Part shown: piece by piece, positions 56,902-64,000 of the stretch | Numbering within the stretch: position 1 is the stretch's first letter | How the letters are laid out: every line of letters starts with the position of its first letter | Notes under the pieces: model-generated | The model's database searches: none | Told to the model about the DNA's origin: nothing | What the model saw: the letters and a program-made list of their open reading frames with translations, nothing else | Source of the DNA: Bacteroidales bacterium | Lineage (GTDB): Bacteria > Bacteroidota > Bacteroidia > Bacteroidales > B18-G4 | Direction: 5' to 3' | Length of the DNA stretch: 64,000 nucleotides | Assembly (NCBI GenBank): GCA_032250805.1 | Contig: JAVVEM010000006.1 | Span: forward strand, 15,395-79,394 | Program-made: the position numbers and the translations under genes

Positions 56902-57825
56902 CTACATTTTGATTCTTTTGATATTCAATTCAGACAGGTTTATATTCCCGACACCCATTTCGTGTGCGATCATAATGTGGGGAATATCTTCGGGTTCGAG
57001 TCCGAAAATTTTTGTGGCAGCGGCATCGGCAGCAACAATATCGCGTGAGATGACCATTGAATTTAGCATGATCACATCTTCCGTTGAAACGCCCCGCGGG
57101 CCGTTGCGTTTCATTACCCTGTATGCATCGACAATGTTAAGATCAGGTTTCCGGTGAGTAGTATAATCGGCAATGCATTGATGCAGATCGTTCTGATGCC
57201 AATAGCGCCTGTCCCAGACTACCCCCATAAGGTTTTTCATGGCAATGGTGAGTTTTGCCGAGCCGTGGCTTTTTAACACAGGAACGTTAATAAATACATC
57301 GGAATCGAGAATGAGTTCATGAACCTTTGTTTTTGTAAGACTTTTCCCTCCGGGGATGTCTACATCCCTGTAATAACTCTCGCTGTTTCCCGGAACGAGC
57401 GCTCCATTGTTATTCGCCACTTCGGCCTGAATGCCACTGTTGGCATAGCATTTTTTCCATTCGTCGCAGGTATTGTCGAAAACGCTCACGGATTTGGCTC
57501 CGGCTTCATAGCAGCGCTTTATGATCCGTCCGATAAGCTCAGGGTTGGTATTGGCTGCCCTTTCGGGAGTGGTATCCCAGCCGATGTTTGGCTTGATTAC
57601 CACTGTTTGTCCCGGCTTGACAAATGCCGATATTCCGCCGAAGGGTTCCATACCTTTGTCGAACATTTCAACAGGATCAGAACCTTTTACGGCCACAAGG
57701 TCAACCTCCCCGTCTTCAGGGGCTAAAGGATTCCCCATCAAGCGCGAAAACCCATTCATTGAAACCCCTGATCCGGCAAGGATTCCGGCTCCAAGGCCTT
57801 TGAACAGAAAATCTCTTCTTTTCAT
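56902..57825 (-). CDS. Tat-signal DUF362 domain protein
   Basis: 307 aa. Twin-arginine signal MKRRDFLFKGLGAGILAGSG. DUF362-like blocks VVIKPN, NTNPELI, INVPVLKSH and LTIAMKNLMG. Confidence 0.7.
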   Translation of the reverse strand: MKRRDFLFKGLGAGILAGSGVSMNGFSRLMGNPLAPEDGEVDLVAVKGSDPVEMFDKGMEPFGGISAFVKPGQTVVIKPNIGWDTTPERAANTNPELIGRIIKRCYEAGAKSVSVFDNTCDEWKKCYANSGIQAEVANNNGALVPGNSESYYRDVDIPGGKSLTKTKVHELILDSDVFINVPVLKSHGSAKLTIAMKNLMGVVWDRRYWHQNDLHQCIADYTTHRKPDLNIVDAYRVMKRNGPRGVSTEDVIMLNSMVISRDIVAADAAATKIFGLEPEDIPHIMIAHEMGVGNINLSELNIKRIKM

Positions 57826-58014
57826 AGATTATATTTTAAATTGATGATAAAAATACAATGAATTGTGCAATTATGCCTGGTTTTGACGTATGCAGATACT
57901 TATTTATAACTTTTTTAAGTTATTGCAGTTCCTGTTTTTGGCTATACGGCAATAAAATATATCCTTTAACGGTTGATAAAATAGTTTTATTTTTATGTGT
58001 TATCAGCAAAATTC

Positions 58015-59139
58015 ATGGCCGGCATCTATATCCACATACCATTCTGCAAGGCAAAATGCCACTATTGTAATTTTTTCTCCGTGGCCTCAGTGCGTTACAA
58101 GCCGCAATTTGTCAACCATTTGCTAAAAGAAATAGCATTGCAGAAAGACTATCTTGGAGGGCATACCATCAATACGATTTATTTTGGAGGTGGTACACCC
58201 TCATTGCTCGAAACAGAGGGTTTAAAGAAAATATTCGATGCTTTACATGATCAGTTTAACATTGCCGGCGATGCTGAAATTACGCTCGAGGCAAACCCCG
58301 ATGATATAAATATACAATGGATTGCCGGTATCAAAAAATGCCCTGTTAACCGCTTAAGTCTTGGTATTCAGTCATTTTTTGATGCTGATCTTCAATACCT
58401 CAATCGTAAGCATACAGCTTTGCAGGCCAAGAATGCTGTGAAACTATTGCAGGATCAGGGATTTGGCAATCTTAGTATTGACCTGATATACGGAATACCC
58501 GGGCTGAAAGATAAACAATGGGTAAAAAACCTTGAGATTTTCCGCTCTTTGAATATTGCCCACTTATCAGCATATGCACTTACTGTTGAAGAAAAAACCG
58601 CCCTTAGCATCCTCATCAGAAAAGGAAAGATGGCACCACCCAGTGATGAGGATACCGTGAGCCATTTTAAGATCCTTCAGGAATTTATGGAGGTTGCCGG
58701 CTATATCCATTACGAGATCTCAAGTTTTGCCCGTGAAGGCTTTTATTCAAGGCATAACAGCCTTTACTGGGCCGGCGGCCATTACCTCGGACTGGGCCCT
58801 TCGGCACACTCATACAACGGTATTTCGCGAAGATGGAATAAAGCATCGCTTAAAGAGTGGTTTGCCCTTGACAGGTATTTCAGCGAATCATATGAAGAAG
58901 AGTTCCTGTCGGTTGATCAACGTTACAATGAATATGTGATGACCTCCCTCAGAACAATCTGGGGTTGCGACCTTAAGGTAGTTCAGCATGAATTTGGTGA
59001 TAAGTATCATGCATATATCTCAAAGCAAATGATCAGGCATATCCGGGATGGAATGCTGACAACTGACAGGGGAAGGATTTTTCTTACCCGTAAGGGCAAG
59101 TTATTTGCCGATGGCATTGCCGCCGACATGTTTATGTAA
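58015..59139 (+). CDS. hemW: radical SAM heme chaperone HemW (HemN-like)
   Basis: YIHIPFCKAKCHYCNF radical-SAM CX3CX2C cluster motif, GGGTPS, and a HemN_C-like C-terminus. Start at the ATG at 58015. Confidence 0.85.
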   Translation: MAGIYIHIPFCKAKCHYCNFFSVASVRYKPQFVNHLLKEIALQKDYLGGHTINTIYFGGGTPSLLETEGLKKIFDALHDQFNIAGDAEITLEANPDDINIQWIAGIKKCPVNRLSLGIQSFFDADLQYLNRKHTALQAKNAVKLLQDQGFGNLSIDLIYGIPGLKDKQWVKNLEIFRSLNIAHLSAYALTVEEKTALSILIRKGKMAPPSDEDTVSHFKILQEFMEVAGYIHYEISSFAREGFYSRHNSLYWAGGHYLGLGPSAHSYNGISRRWNKASLKEWFALDRYFSESYEEEFLSVDQRYNEYVMTSLRTIWGCDLKVVQHEFGDKYHAYISKQMIRHIRDGMLTTDRGRIFLTRKGKLFADGIAADMFM

Positions 59140-59349
59140 TTATTTTTCCTTTGAAGCACAAGTTTTTAGCCCAAACAGGGTATAAAGCGGGCAAAAACCA
59201 AAAAGGCTGGTTAATAAAAATACCGCAGCTATAATGCCCAGAATGATCGCGGTTGTGCCGCTTAATTCACCCAAAAATATCAATACTGCCACTACTATTG
59301 CCAGGATGATCCTGAGCGAACGGTCGAATACTCCCATGTTCTTTTTCAT
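59140..59349 (-). CDS. DUF2892 (YgaP-like) small membrane protein
   Basis: 69 aa. N-terminal G.FDR.LRI motif, two TM helices and C-terminal FCPLYTLFG. Confidence 0.7.
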   Translation of the reverse strand: MKKNMGVFDRSLRIILAIVVAVLIFLGELSGTTAIILGIIAAVFLLTSLFGFCPLYTLFGLKTCASKEK

Positions 59350-59392
59350 CTTGTTATATTTTTTCTATAAACAACTTTATGGTGTAAAGGGT

Positions 59393-60487
59393 TCAAAGAC
59401 CATTTGTTTTAAACTGGTTATTTAACTTAAATCGAAGATAAACCGGCTGATGATCGGAGTGTAAAAAACCATCATGAAGTGTTTCAACCCTGACCACATC
59501 AATATTGGGCGAGCAAACAAAAAAGTCGATAATTGTTGCAGGTGTATGCCCGGGTACATATTGGGTGGAAACATCCCGGTTCGTAGGATATTGAGGATCA
59601 AAGGCAATTGTCCAGTCCTTGCCTCCGGGTTTATACTGACCGCTGAACGAAACCTCAAAGGCAGTGTCGCCACTGAGGAAGGGAGTATTTTTATATCCCG
59701 GCGGGTTAATGTTCCAGTCGCCTCCTGCGATAACATAATCGCCTCGCGCATACAACAATTCCATATGCTGGTTGAGCAGGTTGATCTGCTGTTCTCTCAG
59801 CGTTCCGTTATCAAAAGCTGAGTTGTGCGTATGGATAATATGAAGATATTTTCCTGAACCGGTAACATAGCTGCAGGTCATAAAGCAGCGGTCGGGCATA
59901 AACAGTTGCCTGGGCCAGGGGAATTTACCGGGAAAAACAGTCATTCGTATCTCAGCGGCCCGATAAATACTAAATAAAGAAAAACCTGAAGTTACGCGTG
60001 AAAGCGGTTTAAATAAGGGAACCGGCACAAATGACACATCATAATTTTTTACAAAAACACCATGGTGGTTATTTAGCCGGGAAGATATGTTTTGGTATTG
60101 ATTCGTGTAGTATGAGCGGGCGGAGGCCGTATCTATTTCCTGTAAGAGGATAAAAGAAATACTGTCGAAGGAGTGAAGCTGTTTAAATATCTGATCTATG
60201 GAGTGCTTATATTCTTGCTTTCCCGGAAAAACCATGGAGCCCCCGTCGTAAAAGAAATCTGCGTTTTTGTTCAATCCGCCGTAACCAATATTCCAGCTAA
60301 GCATTGAATATGTTCCCTGAAAAACAGTATCATGCGCTTCTGCTGAATGACTTCGTTTAATGGCCGCATCTTCTGGTTTATAATCGTTGAAGCTGTTCAG
60401 GGCCAGTATGACGATTAAGTAAGTAAAAGCTAACACGGTGAGCGGCAAAAGAATACGGAGACTGATGGTGACCGGATTTTTCATCAT
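59393..60487 (-). CDS. endonuclease/exonuclease/phosphatase (EEP) family protein with N-terminal membrane anchor
   Basis: 364 aa. Motifs SWNIGYGG, LLQEID, GDWN and the C-terminal SDHQPV typical of the EEP fold. Confidence 0.7.
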   Translation of the reverse strand: MMKNPVTISLRILLPLTVLAFTYLIVILALNSFNDYKPEDAAIKRSHSAEAHDTVFQGTYSMLSWNIGYGGLNKNADFFYDGGSMVFPGKQEYKHSIDQIFKQLHSFDSISFILLQEIDTASARSYYTNQYQNISSRLNNHHGVFVKNYDVSFVPVPLFKPLSRVTSGFSLFSIYRAAEIRMTVFPGKFPWPRQLFMPDRCFMTCSYVTGSGKYLHIIHTHNSAFDNGTLREQQINLLNQHMELLYARGDYVIAGGDWNINPPGYKNTPFLSGDTAFEVSFSGQYKPGGKDWTIAFDPQYPTNRDVSTQYVPGHTPATIIDFFVCSPNIDVVRVETLHDGFLHSDHQPVYLRFKLNNQFKTNGL

Positions 60488-60557
60488 AACGACTTGATTC
60501 TATAAAATTAACAATTATTTCTTAATTTTATCGCCTCTAATAATTGAACTATCCAGC

Positions 60558-62099
60558 ATGGCTATCCTTGGTACGATTATCAAACGTGCATACGAACTAC
60601 GAAGCATTCCTATAGAGATCAGAAAGAAAAAGGATTGCAAAGAAGCACAGCAAAAAGTCTTGCGAAAATTACTCACAAAAGCCCAGAATACTGCATTTGG
60701 GGAGCATTATGAATTTGCTAAAATACTCAATAGCAGGGACATAGTGAATAGTTTTCAGGACAAAGTCCCTGTGTTTACTTATAATTCGATGTTCAGGAAA
60801 TGGTGGTACCGCACCCTGAATGGTGAAGGATTTGTAAGCTGGCCCGGGAGGGTAAAATATTTTGCACTTACATCAGGAACTTCTGAGTCGTCGAGCAAGC
60901 AGATCCCTGTTACGGGCGACATGATAAGGGCCATACGAAGGGTGAGTATACGGCAATTGGTGTCGACGGCACGTTATAAGTTTCCGATCGAATTCTATGA
61001 AAAGGGAATCTTGATGATCGGTGGCAGTACGCACCTGCATTATAACGGAACTTATTATGAGGGAGATCTTTCTGGAATTTCTGCGGGGAATATCCCTTTC
61101 TGGTTTCAGCATTTTTATAAACCGGGAAAAAGAATTTCGCGCGAGCGCAACTGGGAAACCAAGCTGGATGAGATCGTCCGCTCGGCACCCAATTGGGATA
61201 TCGGTGTTATTGTTGGTGTACCGGCATGGATACAGATCATCCTGGAACGCATTATTCAGCATTATAATCTCAAGACAATTCATGATATCTGGCCCGATCT
61301 GGCAGTATATGTGCACAGCGGGGTTTCGTTCGAACCTTATACGAAAAGCTTTGACAAGCTCTTTGGGAAACCGGTAATTTATAACGAATCATACCTTGCT
61401 TCCGAGGGTTACATTGCCTATCAGAACCGCCTCGACCGGCGGGTGATGCAACTGGTTGTCGATAATGGCCTGTTCTATGAATTTGTCCCCTTTAACGACA
61501 AGAACTTTGATTCTAAAGGCAATATGGTTGAAAACCCTGAAACAAAGATCCTTGATGAAGTTGAGCAGGGGCAGGAATATGCCTTGTTGCTTTCGAATAA
61601 TGCCGGGGCATGGCGCTATTTGATCGGCGACACTATTAAATTCATTTCAAAGGAAAACTGCGAGATCGTTATCACCGGCCGGACGAAACATTTTCTGAGC
61701 TTGTGTGGCGAGCATTTGTCGCAGGAAAACATGAACATGGCGGTAAAAATGTTGCAGGATGAATTTAACATCGAAATACGCGAGTTTACTGTTGCCGGAT
61801 TCAGGTATGGTAAAATGTTTGCACATAAATGGTATCTTGGAACTGATGATGACATCGATCCGCAGCTTGCCCGCGAAAAAATTGATGGGTATCTGAAGAT
61901 ATTGAATGATGACTATCGCGTGGAGCGAATTGCCGCCATAACCGATGTTTTTTTGGACATATTATCGCCGGGCGTTTTCTCAAACTGGATGAAGATCCAT
62001 GGCAAAGAGGGAGGTGCAAATAAGTTTCCACGTGTAATGAAGGGAGAGAAATATGAACAATGGGAAGCATATCTTAAGGAATATAAAAAGGATAGCTAA
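60558..62099 (+). CDS. GH3-family (acyl-acid amido synthetase-like) adenylating enzyme
   Basis: 513 aa. FALTSGTSESSSKQIP phosphate-binding loop, YLASEG, YEFVPF and YLIGDTIKF blocks typical of bacterial GH3 auxin-responsive-promoter family proteins. Confidence 0.8.
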   Translation: MAILGTIIKRAYELRSIPIEIRKKKDCKEAQQKVLRKLLTKAQNTAFGEHYEFAKILNSRDIVNSFQDKVPVFTYNSMFRKWWYRTLNGEGFVSWPGRVKYFALTSGTSESSSKQIPVTGDMIRAIRRVSIRQLVSTARYKFPIEFYEKGILMIGGSTHLHYNGTYYEGDLSGISAGNIPFWFQHFYKPGKRISRERNWETKLDEIVRSAPNWDIGVIVGVPAWIQIILERIIQHYNLKTIHDIWPDLAVYVHSGVSFEPYTKSFDKLFGKPVIYNESYLASEGYIAYQNRLDRRVMQLVVDNGLFYEFVPFNDKNFDSKGNMVENPETKILDEVEQGQEYALLLSNNAGAWRYLIGDTIKFISKENCEIVITGRTKHFLSLCGEHLSQENMNMAVKMLQDEFNIEIREFTVAGFRYGKMFAHKWYLGTDDDIDPQLAREKIDGYLKILNDDYRVERIAAITDVFLDILSPGVFSNWMKIHGKEGGANKFPRVMKGEKYEQWEAYLKEYKKDS

Positions 62100-62738
62100 A
62101 TGATTACCCCTATCTGGGAAGGACTCATACTTGGATTTACACTGGCCTTATTGTTTGGCTTTGGTCCTGCTTTGTTCGCCTTGATCCAAACAAGCATACA
62201 CAGGGGTTTGTGGGCTGGCTTCCAGCTGGCATTCGGCATATTTCTGAGCGATGCCACGCTCGTAGCTTTATGTTTGCTGGGGGCATTGCAGATCATTAAC
62301 GAAACTCCCGAAAACCAGCTTACCTTTGGTATCATCACCGGCATAATACTTGTTATTTTTGGCATAGTTACTTTTAGAAAAAAAGCTGTTATAGCCGAAG
62401 AACAGGAAGTAAATGATGTAAAAACACCCGGGGCGGTTACCTATATCCTCAAAGGCTTTTTCCTTAATTTCACCAATCCTTTTGTATGGCTGTTCTGGAT
62501 ATTATGGGTTGCAGCCATCACTGCGAATTACAAGGGCGAGACTTACTCGGTGATCATCCTGTTTACTACTACCTTGCTTGTGATCCTGGCTACCGATATG
62601 CTGAAATGTTTTGGCGCATATAAGATCAAGCAATATGTGACAATGCATTTTTTGCAATGGATCAATTGGATAGCAGGGGTTGGCTTAATGATTTTTGGTA
62701 TCTTTATGCTCGTGCGTGCATTTCTTGAATTTTATTAA
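62100..62738 (+). CDS. LysE-family translocator
   Basis: 212 aa with six TM helices. N-terminal GF.LA...GPA motif and NP..W.FW mid motif. The ATG directly follows the GH3 stop codon. Confidence 0.7.
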   Translation: MITPIWEGLILGFTLALLFGFGPALFALIQTSIHRGLWAGFQLAFGIFLSDATLVALCLLGALQIINETPENQLTFGIITGIILVIFGIVTFRKKAVIAEEQEVNDVKTPGAVTYILKGFFLNFTNPFVWLFWILWVAAITANYKGETYSVIILFTTTLLVILATDMLKCFGAYKIKQYVTMHFLQWINWIAGVGLMIFGIFMLVRAFLEFY

Positions 62739-62756
62739 TCACTAACACGATGTCCT

Positions 62757-63296
62757 ATGAAAACAAGTTTACAAAAACACTGGTGGATCTTGTCCATAAA
62801 TGGTATACTGGCCATTTTATTTGGCGGCCTGGCGCTTTATGATTCAGAAACTTTTATGATCAGCATTTCAAAATATTTTGGCCTGCTGATACTGATCGGC
62901 GGAATATTATTGCTTTTGGGAGCACTTGATCAGCGCAGAAAACAAATATCTTATACCGTGATGATGACAGAGGCTGTTATCATGGCCGTACTCGGGATAC
63001 TGATCATGATCTATCCCATGCAGACACTTAGGGTATTCCTGATCCTGATCGGTGTATGGTCGTTTCTCCTCGGCCTTTCAAAAATTTATGTTGGTATTTC
63101 TATTGGGAAGGAATTCGGTTCGCGCTATATTTTTATCTTCGGCGGATTTCTGTTTACGATCATCGGGCTAATGCTGCTCATTGATCCGGTATGGGCCGGA
63201 AGTAATTTATTGCTTGTATTCGGATTTATTTTCGTTGTACTGGGCATCATGCTTGTGTACTTTTCGTTCAAGATCAGGAACCTGAAAACAAGCTGA
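62757..63296 (+). CDS. HdeD/DUF308 family membrane protein
   Basis: 179 aa. Repeated TM hairpins, with W..L..GIL.I..G at the N-terminus. Confidence 0.65.
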   Translation: MKTSLQKHWWILSINGILAILFGGLALYDSETFMISISKYFGLLILIGGILLLLGALDQRRKQISYTVMMTEAVIMAVLGILIMIYPMQTLRVFLILIGVWSFLLGLSKIYVGISIGKEFGSRYIFIFGGFLFTIIGLMLLIDPVWAGSNLLLVFGFIFVVLGIMLVYFSFKIRNLKTS

Positions 63297-63367
63297 TTTG
63301 CATTTATGTACCGGCGACAGTTAGAATGTTTAAATCGAAATAAATTGCTGATCGGAATAAAGTTTCG

Positions 63368-64000
63368 CTATTCGATCTTTATATCCTTGATGTTCAGTTG
63401 TATGCTTTTTACACCATTCCATTCGTTCTCTTCGATCTGATAGCAGGCACTGAATGTTTTCCCCTGTCTGATGCTGTCAAGGTGATGGCCCTGTTGAAAT
63501 GCGATAGCGGAAAAAGGAAAACCCGATATATCAGGATGCACAACCTCGAGCTTAAGATGATTTTTACCAACAACGCGTGCTTTCCCGGTGTCTACCAATC
63601 CATGAGTGGTAAAGAGGGGTGAAAGATTTCCGGGGCCAAAGGGTGAGAACTGGCGCAATATCCTGAAGAATTTTGAACTGATATCGCGCAGTAATATTTC
63701 TGAATCAATTTCTATTTCAGGCACAAGTTGTTCGTTTGTAATATGCGAATTAACGTATTCGCTGAAGCATTTTTTGAAGTTTTCAAAATTCTCTTCCCTT
63801 ATCGAAAGACCTGCAGCATATTTATGACCTCCAAAATGTTCAAGATGTTCAATGCATGCATCTATGGCATCGTAAATATCAAAATCCTTGACCGACCTTG
63901 CCGAACCGGTAATCAGGCCATTGGAACGTGTCAATACGATGGTGGGCCTGTAATAGGTTTCAGTTAAACGTGAAGCTACTATGCCAACCACACCTTTATG
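63368..64000 (-). CDS. recJ: single-stranded-DNA-specific exonuclease RecJ (C-terminal part; gene continues past the window edge)
   Basis: DHHA1 motif GGHKYAAG and a C-terminal OB-like domain. The reading frame is open to the window end, so the M at 63991 is not the true start. Confidence 0.8.
   Translation of the reverse strand, partial: HKGVVGIVASRLTETYYRPTIVLTRSNGLITGSARSVKDFDIYDAIDACIEHLEHFGGHKYAAGLSIREENFENFKKCFSEYVNSHITNEQLVPEIEIDSEILLRDISSKFFRILRQFSPFGPGNLSPLFTTHGLVDTGKARVVGKNHLKLEVVHPDISGFPFSAIAFQQGHHLDSIRQGKTFSACYQIEENEWNGVKSIQLNIKDIKIE

Overview
This window looks like a Bacteroidota chromosomal segment. The evidence is TAnnTTTG -7 promoter boxes, T9SS C-terminal sorting domains, a CarboxypepD_reg-type TonB-dependent receptor, and Bacteroidota-style gene orders (mreBCD; coaX / OMP / TPR / lptC / CorC-like / ppiD). 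I call about 56 protein-coding genes, one tRNA-Phe(GAA), one frameshifted gene and a few small non-coding elements. All protein calls come from motif and architecture recognition by eye; no database search was possible.

Most of the window is housekeeping: ribF, asd, comF, rnr, nadA, rpiB, mreBCD, purH, ppiD, lptC, coaX, hemW and partial recJ. I saw no CRISPR array, transposase, integrase, phage genes or recognisable defence system, so I cannot point to a confident new system.

The parts that deserve a second look are:
1. A 116-nt multi-hairpin element present twice in the same orientation (18474-18589 and 32793-32908). Its hairpins carry canonical UUCG and CUUG tetraloops.
2. A tight 10-kb minus-strand operon (33303-43151) with Tat-exported Gfo/Idh/MocA dehydrogenases, a xylose-isomerase-like TIM barrel, three DUF1080 domains, DoxX and a TonB-dependent receptor. 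It resembles a periplasmic oxidative (3-keto) glycoside-cleavage locus.
3. A Tat-DUF362 plus NapH-like polyferredoxin gene pair (55333-57825).
4. A GH3-family adenylating enzyme whose stop codon directly abuts the start of a LysE exporter (60558-62738).
5. A BlaI / BlaR1-TonB module whose sensor gene is split by a frameshift in a homopolymer-rich stretch, with three palindromic candidate operators upstream.
6. A 64-nt array of phased octamer repeats in a convergent intergenic region (47302-47365).
7. A visibly AT-rich 535-bp non-coding gap between nadA and rpiB (16070-16604).
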